Positions 13,012 to 22,545 of a DNA stretch of 64,000 nt are shown here, piece by piece. Every line of letters starts with the position of its first letter. The stretch's first letter is position 1. The translations under genes were made by a program, and so were the position numbers. The notes below the pieces were generated by a model. The model was not told the origin of the DNA. It worked only from the letters and a program-made list of their open reading frames with translations, and ran no database searches. The stretch spans positions 208,275 through 272,274 of the forward strand of contig JBNAUL010000002.1 of NCBI GenBank assembly GCA_049700835.1. The letters are read 5' to 3'. This DNA comes from Candidatus Woesearchaeota archaeon (GTDB taxonomy: Archaea > Nanobdellota > Nanobdellia > Woesearchaeales > WAPY01).

Positions 13012-14118
13012 ATGAAGATTGCTATTTTAGACAAATTCAGAGGAAATCTTTCTCTTCATAAAAAATACTTAAAATGTAGGTATAGTTCTAATCTAAAAAG
13101 TTTAGATTTAAATGAAGCAAGAGAGAATGTTGATAGTGAAGAAGAGCTTATGGAAAAACACAAGCTCTCAGAAGTTCAAGAATTAAAAGAAAGATTAGTT
13201 GCGCTGAACCATAATGTCAAGGTTTTAAATTCAGGAAAAGAGAGTGAACTTTACAATGGAATAAAGGAATTTCAGCCTCTGCTTGTGATAAATGTTTCAG
13301 AAGAAAGAGAAGTACTTTTTTTAGAAAAAAATTCTGTTCCTTATGTAGGCTCAAATTTGGAAACGATGGTGTTATCTTCTGATAAATATAAAACCAAGAG
13401 GAGTGTTAGAAATATTGATTCTTTAAAAACCGCGGAGGATTATTTGATAATGAGCATTGAAGAAGCATGTAACATTCTTAAAATAATTGACAAAAAAAAG
13501 AATTATATTGCAAAACCAAACCTTGGAAGAGGAAGCGCTGGAATTTCTGACAAGGCAGTCATAAGGCAGGAATTGCTCTACAGCTGCAATGAAAAAGAAA
13601 AAATAGAACTAATAAAAGACCATTTCAAAAGAATTCTTTTTGGTTTAAAACAACCTGTCTTGGTTGAGGAATTAATCAATTCTGGTTTTTTAAATGACTA
13701 CAAAAAAGAGAATTTCAAAGAATTAACTGTTGGAGTTTTAGGCTATGAAAACCCTAAAGTTCTTCTTCCCTTAGAAATCAGAAAGGAAGAAAACTCTGTC
13801 TTGACATTTGAAGCTAAAATGAATGACCAAGCAAAATTCATAGTACCTGCGGACATAGGTTCCAAACTTAATAGAAAATTAGAGGACACTGCTCTAAAGA
13901 TTTATAGGCAGATCGGCGCACGAGATTATTTGAGAATAGATTTTATAGTTTATGATGAAGATTTGTATTTTTTGGAAACAAACACTGCTCCTGGACTTAT
14001 GATGAATCACTTGAACAATGGAATAGCAAACAGCTATTTAGGAATAATGGCTGAAAAAGAAGGAATAAACCTTATAGAAGAAATAATAAAAATTGCAAAG
14101 AAGAGATATAATTTTTGA
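13012..14118 (+). CDS. ATP-grasp enzyme of the D-alanine--D-alanine ligase family
   Basis: 368 aa. The C-terminal block ARDYLRIDFIVYDEDLYFLETNTAPGLMMNHL matches the Ddl signature (R-x-DF..., E-x-NT-x-PG). Confidence 0.55.
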   Translation: MKIAILDKFRGNLSLHKKYLKCRYSSNLKSLDLNEARENVDSEEELMEKHKLSEVQELKERLVALNHNVKVLNSGKESELYNGIKEFQPLLVINVSEEREVLFLEKNSVPYVGSNLETMVLSSDKYKTKRSVRNIDSLKTAEDYLIMSIEEACNILKIIDKKKNYIAKPNLGRGSAGISDKAVIRQELLYSCNEKEKIELIKDHFKRILFGLKQPVLVEELINSGFLNDYKKENFKELTVGVLGYENPKVLLPLEIRKEENSVLTFEAKMNDQAKFIVPADIGSKLNRKLEDTALKIYRQIGARDYLRIDFIVYDEDLYFLETNTAPGLMMNHLNNGIANSYLGIMAEKEGINLIEEIIKIAKKRYNF

Positions 14119-14186
14119 ACAAAACTTAATAAAAATAACAAAGAGAAAATAAAGAAAATAGTAAAGGAGTAAAGGAGGAATAAAGG

Positions 14187-14317
14187 AGCGAGGGGAGGGA
14201 TTTGAACCCCCGAATCATCGGTATCTTCTTATCACAGCTTAAAAGCTCATAATACCGATTTCTCAGCATTTTCAGCATAAACTGCAGCCGATTGCCTTAC
14301 CGCTTGGCTACCCTCGC
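14187..14317 (-). tRNA. tRNA-Cys (anticodon GCA) with a ~57-nt canonical intron after position 37
   Basis: The reverse complement gives GCGAGGG-TA-GCC..GGC-A-ATCGG-CTGCAG, then an intron, then (A)CCGAT..GGGGG-TTCAAAT-CCCTC-CCCTCGC-T. The anticodon stem ATCGG/CCGAT is restored only after intron removal. The discriminator is U73, as in tRNA-Cys. Confidence 0.6.
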
Positions 14318-14354
14318 TTAAAAGCTTAAAAATAGGTATTAAGCAAACATATAT

Positions 14355-14460
14355 AAAGATTTTTATTGCAATTATTTGGAAATAATGCCCTTGTTTAAAG
14401 GTTGTTTATTTTTTAATCTTTTTTTGGTTTTTTCAGAATTGAAGCCATATTTTTAGGTTT
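14355..14460. repeat. Copy A of a ~105-bp repeated intergenic element; copy B is at 21017-21125
   Basis: AAAGATTTTTATTGCAATTATTTGGAAATAATGCCCTTGTTT...TTTTGGTTTTTTCAGAATTGAAGCCATATTTT recurs at 21017-21125. Identity is roughly 85-90% by eye, with one 5-nt indel. Confidence 0.6.
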
Positions 14461-15221
14461 TTCTTTTTCAATCCTTTTTTTTTAATCTCCTGCTTATTCT
14501 CTGCATGCTTTGTTCCTTCAGAGCAAGCAAGAATTTCAGAAGCTACAAAAGCCAAGAGCGCGTGTTGGGTTACTCCTGAAATGAAAAGATAAACTCCTGA
14601 AGAGAGATAGTTGCCAATTAATGGAATCCAAGATAATAAAAAAGCTGACAAAAAGGAAAGTGCAGAGGAATAAAGAACTGTTAGCAAGAAAAATGCAAAG
14701 TACTTTATGTTTAAAGCAACCTTTAATACATTCCTTAGATTAAAAGCTTCTCTTAAATCATAATTCCTTGAATAGTTTATGACAGAACTAATGATAAGAT
14801 ACCATGTTATAAAAATCAAAACAAATGCTGTTAAAAAGAAACCAAGAAAATTGCTCATAAACTCTGCGAGCAAAAAAGGAGAATTTGCATACAACTCTGC
14901 TTTAAAAGGAGCAAAGAATTCTCCAAAAAATGGAAGTTTCTTCAAAAACATTATAAAGATAATTGTAAAAGCAGGAATTGAATAAACTATGGCTATGAGA
15001 AGGTAAAATGCGGCATTCTTTAGAATTTTTGCAAAATCATTGTAATCAGGAAGCTTGAATTCCTTTTTTAATATTCTGTTAGCGCATTCAATAAAATAAC
15101 CATAAATCAATAGGTTAATTAGCGGAAATGCTGATAATACAATTCCTATAATCATCCTTGTATTGTCCTGAAGAGGCATTCCAAAAGAAATCTTTATTTT
15201 TTCAGAAAGGTTTTTTTCCAT
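14433..15221 (-). CDS. Polytopic integral membrane protein, function unknown
   Basis: 262 aa with 6-7 hydrophobic helices. The C-terminal ~10 codons run into repeat element copy A. Confidence 0.4.
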   Translation of the reverse strand: MEKNLSEKIKISFGMPLQDNTRMIIGIVLSAFPLINLLIYGYFIECANRILKKEFKLPDYNDFAKILKNAAFYLLIAIVYSIPAFTIIFIMFLKKLPFFGEFFAPFKAELYANSPFLLAEFMSNFLGFFLTAFVLIFITWYLIISSVINYSRNYDLREAFNLRNVLKVALNIKYFAFFLLTVLYSSALSFLSAFLLSWIPLIGNYLSSGVYLFISGVTQHALLAFVASEILACSEGTKHAENKQEIKKKGLKKKNLKIWLQF

Positions 15222-15329
15222 TCTTTCACCTCAATGAAATTTGATGTTTTTTGCATTCTGTTTCATTATAAATAACAACGATATAAAAAATTTTCTTTTT
15301 GTTTTTTAGAATTATGATAGAATTGCGAG

Positions 15330-15403
15330 CGGGCCCAAGGGGATTTGAACCCCCGACCTAACGGTTAAGAGCCGTTTGCTCTACCAGGCTGAGCTATGAG
15401 CCC
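15330..15403 (-). tRNA. tRNA-Lys (anticodon CTT)
   Basis: The reverse complement gives GGGCTCA-TA-GCTCAGCCTGGTAGAGC-A-AACGG-CTCTTAA-CCGTT-AGGTC-GGGGG-TTCAAAT-CCCCT-TGGGCCC-G. Confidence 0.75.
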
Positions 15404-15679
15404 ACAAACCAATAAAAGACAAAGCAACTATTTATAAATTTTTTCATAAGTTTGAAAAGCAGAATGTTCTAAAAATATCAAGTTAAAATAAAAAACGAAA
15501 AATATAACAATAAAAAATAAAAAATCAACTTAAAATAAAAAATAGAAATATAAATAGAATAAAAATTTTTGTGCTATTTATCAGCTGGAAATATGTAAAT
15601 TTTTGTTTTTTACTAAAGAGTAATTTATAATAAGGAATAAAGCAAAACTTTTATATAATCTTTATGTTTGACAAATAGC

Positions 15680-16639
15680 ATGATAAACAACAAGAATTTG
15701 GAAAACAAAGCTAAATATGTTCTTTCTAAACATAACCCAAAAACGCTTGAAGATTATACAGCTTATTCCTTAACTGCATTCATTCTCTGCGGAAAAAGCC
15801 CTGCTGACAAGATAGTTAAAAAGGAAGAATTAGAAAAGATACCTGCGAACAACAAGGCCTTCTTAAAATTAGGAGAAAGACCAATGGTAGAGTATGTTAT
15901 CAAGGCATTTTTAAATTCCAATAAAATAAAAGACATATATATCATAAACCATGCAGATGAAGAACTTACATTCAGGATTGAACTTGAAAAAATCATTTAT
16001 TCCTCTGAACATCGATATCCAAGAATTATACGCTTGTTAAGTTTTGATGATGAAGATCTTATTAACAACATAGAAAAAACTTTTGTTGAGAGCAATCTAA
16101 AAGACGATGAATATGCTATCATTGCAAGTTCAGACACTCCAATGATTAATCCAAAACTGATTAATGATTTTGTAAAACAAATTTATTATTTTCAGGGTTA
16201 TGATGCATATGTTCCTTATACAAGGATTTCAATGCTTAGGGCAAAATACCCTAAAATAAAGAAGAGGAGCATGTTTGAACTTTTAATAGAAGAAAACAAT
16301 GAAAAGAAAAGAGATGGAGTAAGAACAGGAAACCTGTTTGCACTAAAAAAAGAAACCTTTATTGAGAACAAGAAATTGATGGAATATCTTTTTGAGAGCA
16401 GAAAGAAGGGCTATTTGGCAATTGCAAATGATATCGTTGCAAGACTGCATAATAAAAAAGCAAGCATGATGTTTGAGTACGGAAAAAAATTGGTAAGAAA
16501 GGAACTCACGATTGACGACCTTTCTGAAATCGTAAGACAAACATACGATATTTATGCAAAGGGGATTTTGGTGGAGCCAGAATTCTGCATAGATGTTGAT
16601 AGGAAAAAGGACTTTGAGGAAATAAAGAATTATTTATGA
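15680..16639 (+). CDS. Nucleotidyltransferase-fold protein (MobA/CofC/GlmU-like), specificity unknown
   Basis: The ORF track starts at a TTG at 15668. The first ATG is at 15680. An N-terminal G-rich loop (FILCGKSPADK ... KAFLKLGERPMVEYVI) resembles the NTP-transferase signature. The rest has no recognisable motifs. Confidence 0.35.
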   Translation: MINNKNLENKAKYVLSKHNPKTLEDYTAYSLTAFILCGKSPADKIVKKEELEKIPANNKAFLKLGERPMVEYVIKAFLNSNKIKDIYIINHADEELTFRIELEKIIYSSEHRYPRIIRLLSFDDEDLINNIEKTFVESNLKDDEYAIIASSDTPMINPKLINDFVKQIYYFQGYDAYVPYTRISMLRAKYPKIKKRSMFELLIEENNEKKRDGVRTGNLFALKKETFIENKKLMEYLFESRKKGYLAIANDIVARLHNKKASMMFEYGKKLVRKELTIDDLSEIVRQTYDIYAKGILVEPEFCIDVDRKKDFEEIKNYL

Positions 16640-16724
16640 AAGGATTTAGACGGCGGGATTTCTATTGCAAAGAGTTTAGTTATTAGAAAATTTTATATTG
16701 AGCAAAGAATTTCTACATAGCAGA

Positions 16725-18347
16725 ATGGAAGAATCTGATAAAGAAACAATCTTTTGGGCTGACAAGCTCGCTGAAAAAATAGTGAACAGAAAGAGATTTC
16801 ATTATACTGATGACAAAATCAAAAAACAAGACGAATTTGTTGTAAAGACATCTGCTTCTCTCTCAGGAGTCCTTCACATAGGCAGATTGAGCGACACAAT
16901 AAGAGGCGATTCTGTTTTCAGAGCCCTCAAAGATTTAGGAGTAAAAGCAAAACTCATTTGGGTTGCAGAGGACATGGACCCTCTAAGAAAAATTCCTGAA
17001 GGGGTTCCAAAATCCTTTTCTGATTACATAGGAGTTCCTGTGAGTGACATACCTGATTTTTACGGGTGCCACAAGAGTTATTCAGAACATTTCATGTCAG
17101 AGTATCTTGAAGTCATCGATTCATTTGTTCACAACAAAATGGAAAAATTCTCGATGAGATCTGAATATAAGAATGGAAGTTTCAAACCGTTTATCAAAAG
17201 AATAGTTGAAAATTTTTCAGAGGTTAAAAGCATAGTTGAAAAATACCGAGACGAGCCTTTGCCAAGGGACTGGGCCCCTTGGAAACCTGTTTGCAAGAAT
17301 TGCGGAAAGATAGCAACTACAAAGATTGTTAAGATTGAGAATAACAAAATTCACTATGTTTGCGAGGATTATGATTTCAAGACAACAAAGGCAAAGGGTT
17401 GCGGTTATAAAGGGGTTGCAGATCCTCTAAACGATGACGGAAAACTCATGTGGAAATCAGAATGGGCTGCCCAATGGGCTCATTGGAACATATGCTGCGA
17501 AGGAGCTGGAAAAGAGTATCAGGTTCCAACAAGTGCTTTTTGGATTAACGGAGAGATTTGCGAAAGAATATTAAAATACCCTATGCCAGAGCCGATATTT
17601 TATGAGCATCTTATGATTGACAATGTTAAAATGTCAGCTTCCCTTGGAAATGTAATCTATCCAAAGGACTGGTTAGAGGTTGCACCTCCTGAAATCCTGC
17701 GATTCTTTTACAATAAAAGATTAATGAAAACAAGGAGTTTCTCCTGGAAGAACCTTCCTCTTATCTACGATGAGTTTGACGATGCTCAGATGATTTATTT
17801 TGGAATTAAGAAATTGGATAATGAAAAAGAGGAGGAAAATATAAAGAGGTTGTATGAAATCTCTGCTCTAAAGATTGAAAAGCCGCTATTGCTGAGCTTT
17901 AACCATTCTGTTTTAATCTCGCAGATTTTCAATGACGAGAATAAAATGCTTGAAGCGCTGAAAAAAACAGGGCATTACCAAAAAGAGTTTGAGGAAAGAA
18001 TCCTGCAGAGATTGAGGTATGCAAAGAAATGGGTTTTTAGTTATGCTCCAAAAGAATACAAGTTTGAACTTCAGAAAGAGCCAAAAGCAGTTCTAAAAGA
18101 AAATGAAAAAGAAGCTGTGAAGCAGGTTATTGAAATTTTAAGAAGAGGATCTTTGGAAGAAGCAGAACTGCACAAGAAATTTTACGAAATTGCAGAGAAA
18201 AATAATATGAAAACTCAGGAATTCTTTAGCATGATGTACAGAATTCTATTAGACAAAGAAAGAGGCCCAAAACTCGCTAACTTTCTGCTAAGCTTAGGGG
18301 AAAATGGGATTGAAATATTGGAAAGGGCTGTTAATAAGCAACAATAA
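16725..18347 (+). CDS. lysK: Lysyl-tRNA synthetase, class I (archaeal type)
   Basis: The HIGH-like motif SGVLHIGRLSD and the KMSKS-like motif KMSASLGNV are present. N-terminal FWADKLAEKI matches LysRS-I. The start was moved to the ATG at 16725; the track's TTG is at 16698. Confidence 0.8.
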   Translation: MEESDKETIFWADKLAEKIVNRKRFHYTDDKIKKQDEFVVKTSASLSGVLHIGRLSDTIRGDSVFRALKDLGVKAKLIWVAEDMDPLRKIPEGVPKSFSDYIGVPVSDIPDFYGCHKSYSEHFMSEYLEVIDSFVHNKMEKFSMRSEYKNGSFKPFIKRIVENFSEVKSIVEKYRDEPLPRDWAPWKPVCKNCGKIATTKIVKIENNKIHYVCEDYDFKTTKAKGCGYKGVADPLNDDGKLMWKSEWAAQWAHWNICCEGAGKEYQVPTSAFWINGEICERILKYPMPEPIFYEHLMIDNVKMSASLGNVIYPKDWLEVAPPEILRFFYNKRLMKTRSFSWKNLPLIYDEFDDAQMIYFGIKKLDNEKEEENIKRLYEISALKIEKPLLLSFNHSVLISQIFNDENKMLEALKKTGHYQKEFEERILQRLRYAKKWVFSYAPKEYKFELQKEPKAVLKENEKEAVKQVIEILRRGSLEEAELHKKFYEIAEKNNMKTQEFFSMMYRILLDKERGPKLANFLLSLGENGIEILERAVNKQQ

Positions 18348-18768
18348 GAAATAAAAAAAATTAACAACTTGCTTAAAAAACTAAGAATTTTATATTTAAT
18401 TTTTGCAATTAATTTTTGCCATTAACTATGTTATGAACTTTTATGAACTTTACTTAAGGATTAAATTAAACTTATTAGCAATTTTTGTAAAAAACTTTCT
18501 GGCAAACTTTCTATTTGTTTATGCAAGCTTTTTTCTTTTTTTATTTTGCTCAAATTCTAAATGCTCAATCAAGCATAATTTTTTGCTAGCAAAATTTGAA
18601 AACCAAAATTTTTATTTTAACTTTTGTTCAAAGAACTTAGTTTGGCTTTCTCTTTAAGCATTCCAGAAATTATCCAAACTCTAAATTTTAAACCTGAAAA
18701 CACATCTCAAATCGTTATAAGAATTAAATTTAGCTAATGCTTTTTATGCTTATTGCTGAATTTTCTTC

Positions 18769-19125
18769 TCATAATAACTTCAATTTTCCTGTTATCCTGT
18801 CAATTTTTTCCTCTTTGTCAGGCCCTATACCTAAACAGGTTATAGTGCTTTGTTTGAAGAATGTTCTTCCAGCGTCTCTTATTAGTGAATTAACAATTTT
18901 ACATTCATCTGCCATTTTCTTATAATTCATTAATTCATCTTCATTCTTTATTTTTAAAATGCTCTTCTTCATTCCTTCCTTAACCCAAAAATCAACATTC
19001 TTTTTTGTTTTATCGTTCTTTAATGCTTCCAAAACACAACCAACGCTCGCATGACTGACTTGTGCTGCCAACTTTCCCTTTGGCATCTTTAAATCAGTCC
19101 TTACAAGAATTACTTGTTTATACAT
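18769..19125 (-). CDS. pth2: Peptidyl-tRNA hydrolase, archaeal/eukaryotic type (PTH2)
   Basis: 118 aa. LVRTDLKMPKGKLAAQVSHAS and the C-terminal GLTAF-like ITCLGIGP motifs. Confidence 0.8.
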   Translation of the reverse strand: MYKQVILVRTDLKMPKGKLAAQVSHASVGCVLEALKNDKTKKNVDFWVKEGMKKSILKIKNEDELMNYKKMADECKIVNSLIRDAGRTFFKQSTITCLGIGPDKEEKIDRITGKLKLL

Positions 19126-19213
19126 AAGAATTAAGTTATCTTTAATGCTATTTTAAAGATTTCTAAATTAATTTGTAACTACATAGTAATTAAAAATAGA
19201 AAGATTTATATAT

Positions 19214-19627
19214 ATGTTTTTATTTACTACTAATATGTTACAACAAATTTTGCTTGGAAAAAATGCTCTGAAAAACAGAAGTTTGGAAAGCAATTTAGAA
19301 AGAAAAATCAATGATTTTCCTAAATATTGTTCTTCTACTGTGTCTTTAAAAGAAACAAATGGAATTAAATTGCGTTGTTTGACCATAACAGGGGTTGATG
19401 AAGTTAAATTCTACATGGAAGAGAAATCATTGATAGAACATTTTGAAAAGCACAAAATTCAAGAAGTTTTCAATGAGGAAGACTACTTAAGGTTTGCAGC
19501 AGAGACTTATTTTTTGGGAAGGAATTATAAAGATGGGAAATTGTATAAGGGATATTTCTTAGGATATAGCAAATCAGAGGAATTAAAAGGAATTGTAGTT
19601 CATACTCTTTATAGAAGATTTTTCTAA
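19214..19627 (+). CDS. Hypothetical protein
   Basis: 137-aa ORF with no recognised motifs. Confidence 0.3.
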   Translation: MFLFTTNMLQQILLGKNALKNRSLESNLERKINDFPKYCSSTVSLKETNGIKLRCLTITGVDEVKFYMEEKSLIEHFEKHKIQEVFNEEDYLRFAAETYFLGRNYKDGKLYKGYFLGYSKSEELKGIVVHTLYRRFF

Positions 19628-19714
19628 AAAATTATTCTAAAAGATGCAAAGAAAAAAGCAAATTTATAAATAGAAAACAGATTATTGTTCATTAAAAAAG
19701 AAAAAGGTGAGCTG

Positions 19715-20980
19715 ATGACTAAAATAATAAGAATCTTTGGAAGAGAGGTTCTTGACTCAAGGGGAAATCCTGCTCTGGAAGGAGTTATCTGCACAAAAAA
19801 ATTCTGTGAACAATCAATAGTTCCGAGCGGAGCTTCAAAAGGAAGCAGAGAAGCATTGGAACTAAGGGATGGAGGCAAAAGATACAATGGAATGGGAGTT
19901 TTAAATGCAGTAAACAACTTAAAAGTCATAGAAAAAGAATTGATAAATGCCAATTGCAAAAAACAATCCTTCATTGACAAAAAGATGATAAAACTTGATG
20001 GCACTGAAAACAAATCAAACCTTGGAGCAAATGCAATTCTTTCAGTGAGCATGAGTTGCGCAAGATTAGGGGCAAGGCATTCAAATATTGAACTCTACGA
20101 ATATCTTGCTATGTTGTTCTGGGGTAAATTTGGCGAAGATTACAAGAACAAAATCAAGATTCCAATGCCATATTCAAATGTAATCAACGGAGGAAAGCAT
20201 GCAGGAAACAATCTTGAAATTCAGGAATTTATGATAACTCCTCTCAAAGCAAAATCGTTCAGAGAAGCAACTCAAATAGTGAGCGAGGTTTATCATTCCC
20301 TTAAATCAATACTCCTTGATAAGTATGGAAAATCAGCAACAAATGTTGGAGATGAAGGCGGGTTTGCGCCCCAGCTGAAAGATAATGAGGAAGCTTTAGA
20401 ATTGTTGATGTTTGCAATTCAAAGTGCAGGTTATGAAGATAAAGTAAGGCTGGCTGTTGATGCAGCAGCAAGTTCTTTCTATGACAAAGATTCAAAAAGA
20501 TATTTAATTAACGGCAAAAGAATTAACCGAGAAGAACTTTTAGATTATTATTTAGAACTAATAAACAAATACCCAATAATCTCCTTGGAAGACCCTTTTG
20601 ATGAGAACGACTTTAATGGATTTGTAGAGATAACAAAAAAACTCGGCTCAAAAATACAGATTGTAGGAGATGATTTGCTGGTTACAAATGTCAAAAGAAT
20701 AAAAATGGCTGCAAGAAGAAAACTTTGTAACGCACTTTTACTAAAGATAAATCAAATAGGAACAGTAACAGAATCATTCAAAGCAGCAAAACTTGCCTTT
20801 GACAACAATTGGAAAGTAATGGTTAGCCATCGTTCAGGAGAAACAGAGGACACATTCATATCTGATTTGGCAGTTGCTCTTGGGTGCGGGCAGATAAAGA
20901 TAGGCGCTCCTTGTAGAGGAGAAAGAACATGCAAGTACAACAGATTGCTGAGAATTGAAGAAATGCTACATAAGGAATAA
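19715..20980 (+). CDS. eno: Enolase (phosphopyruvate hydratase)
   Basis: IIRIFGREVLDSRGNPALEG at the N-terminus, and the enolase motifs SHRSGETED and KxNQIGT. The ATG at 19715 is preceded by the Shine-Dalgarno AAGGTGAG. The track start at 19685 adds 10 unlikely residues. Confidence 0.9.
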   Translation: MTKIIRIFGREVLDSRGNPALEGVICTKKFCEQSIVPSGASKGSREALELRDGGKRYNGMGVLNAVNNLKVIEKELINANCKKQSFIDKKMIKLDGTENKSNLGANAILSVSMSCARLGARHSNIELYEYLAMLFWGKFGEDYKNKIKIPMPYSNVINGGKHAGNNLEIQEFMITPLKAKSFREATQIVSEVYHSLKSILLDKYGKSATNVGDEGGFAPQLKDNEEALELLMFAIQSAGYEDKVRLAVDAAASSFYDKDSKRYLINGKRINREELLDYYLELINKYPIISLEDPFDENDFNGFVEITKKLGSKIQIVGDDLLVTNVKRIKMAARRKLCNALLLKINQIGTVTESFKAAKLAFDNNWKVMVSHRSGETEDTFISDLAVALGCGQIKIGAPCRGERTCKYNRLLRIEEMLHKE

Positions 20981-21016
20981 ATTGAATAATTAAATTAATT
21001 AAATGAAAAGCAAATA

Positions 21017-21125
21017 AAAAAGATTTTTATTGCAATTACTTGGAAACAATGCCATTGTTTGAAAGTTATTTATTTTTTAATCTTTCTTCTTTTTGGTTTT
21101 TTCAGAATTGAAGCCATATTTTAAA
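21017..21125. repeat. Copy B of the ~105-bp repeated intergenic element (see 14355-14460)
   Basis: Alignable base-for-base with copy A. It lies 37 bp downstream of the eno stop and immediately 3' of the minus-strand ORF ending at 21129. Confidence 0.6.
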
Positions 21126-21128
21126 GAT

Positions 21129-21524
21129 CTATTTTTTATTCTTTATTTTCTCAATGTCTAAGTCCTTTGTTTTTTCTTTTTCCTCTCTTTCTTCCTCTTT
21201 TTGTATTCCTGTAAGCGTTATGTGAGGTCCTTCCTGAATTATGGTTATTGACTCAAGATTGTTTATTACCAAATCGTTTCCAGGTATTAAGTAATTTACA
21301 TTCAGTCCTTTTATTATTATTTTATGCGCCTTGAAATCAAGAAATCTGAACGGCGGAATCTTGCTTATGTGGGGGTTGTTAACGCTTGACAGATTTATAA
21401 AGCAAGGAAACCTGTCACCTATTGCATCCTTCTTTCTCTTTCTTCCTATAATAACGCTCTTGCATCTGTATGTCATGTTTACATGGACCTCTTTTTGTTT
21501 TTTGGTTTTCATACAACCCTCCAA
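21129..21524 (-). CDS. Hypothetical small basic protein
   Basis: 131-aa ORF. The true start is possibly the internal MTYRC. No confident family assignment. Confidence 0.3.
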   Translation of the reverse strand: MEGCMKTKKQKEVHVNMTYRCKSVIIGRKRKKDAIGDRFPCFINLSSVNNPHISKIPPFRFLDFKAHKIIIKGLNVNYLIPGNDLVINNLESITIIQEGPHITLTGIQKEEEREEKEKTKDLDIEKIKNKK

Positions 21525-21613
21525 GCGATTTTATTTTGTTCTAAAAATTCTTATTTAATTTTAGTATTTAAATTTATCCATTGAAAATTTAGAATTAAAA
21601 AATTTTATTGAGC

Positions 21614-22189
21614 TCAAATCTTAACAACATAGTCAAAGTAGTCATCCCATGGATTTTCAAGCTTCATCATTTCTTTTATGTTTAGTTTCTCAAAATGCCT
21701 TCTAAAAGGCCTCATTGAGTTTCCGTGGGCAGAAATAGCAACATTGACCCTATATTTCTTCATTAAGAGCTTTAAATCGTTTATAAAACTCAAAACTCTC
21801 TGCTCAACCATCTTTATGCTCTCCCCGTTTGGAGGTGCTATGTCATAACTTCTATGATATATGTCAAACAATTCTTTTCCATAATGCTTTATAAATTCTC
21901 TATGAGACATTCCCTGCAAGTTTCCATAACTCCTCTCAATAATTCTGTCATCCGTTATTATTCTCTTGCATTCAGGATGGTATTCCAAAACATACTTCAA
22001 TGTACCCCTGCTTCTTGAAAGATGGCTTTGAAATGCCAATTCAATCCTCTTGTTCCTGAGTTTTTTTGCTATGTTTTTGGCATCTGATATTCCCTTAGGA
22101 GTAAGTTTTGAATCCTTCCAACCTGTAAAAATTTTGTTTTTGTTGTAGTATGTTTGTCCATGCCTAAAAATGTAGATGTGCAATTTCAT
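21614..22189 (-). CDS. Histidine-phosphatase superfamily protein (phosphoglycerate-mutase family)
   Basis: N-terminal IFRHGQTYYNKNKIFTGWKDSKLTPKG carries the catalytic RHG motif and the TGW/DxxLT pattern of dPGM-like enzymes. A later SAHGNS block supplies the second His. Confidence 0.65.
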   Translation of the reverse strand: MKLHIYIFRHGQTYYNKNKIFTGWKDSKLTPKGISDAKNIAKKLRNKRIELAFQSHLSRSRGTLKYVLEYHPECKRIITDDRIIERSYGNLQGMSHREFIKHYGKELFDIYHRSYDIAPPNGESIKMVEQRVLSFINDLKLLMKKYRVNVAISAHGNSMRPFRRHFEKLNIKEMMKLENPWDDYFDYVVKI

Positions 22190-22545
22190 ATTTTTTCAAT
22201 AAATAATTCCTCTTATAAAAACTTTGCTAAATAACAAACTGCAAAGCAAACTTAATCTGACAAGATTTTTAGCAAATAAGTTTTCCATTGAGCAAAACTT
22301 CCCAAAAAATTTTCAACAAAACTTCTCGATTTAGATAATGTCTGCGATGGTTTAAGAATTTTTTAAATTACAAATAACAAATATAAATCTAAATAAATTT
22401 TCATTTAATATGTTTCCAACTTCAAATCTCATAAATACAAAATAAATAAAAATAAAAAAAAACAAATAGAAAAAAAACAAAACAGGAAAACACAAGCCAG
22501 TTCATAATGCAAATTTAAAATAAAGCATAGAAATATTTAAAAAGT

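Noticed and set aside
18403-18657. 84-aa ORF in the AT-rich intergenic region after lysK
   Set aside because: F/L/N-rich product of AT-rich DNA with no start context, consistent with a promoter or terminator region.
18348-18768. 420-bp intergenic region screened for a box C/D sRNA, SRP RNA or RNase P RNA
   Set aside because: No RUGAUGA/CUGA box pairs and no GC-rich structured segment. The composition is uniformly AT-rich.
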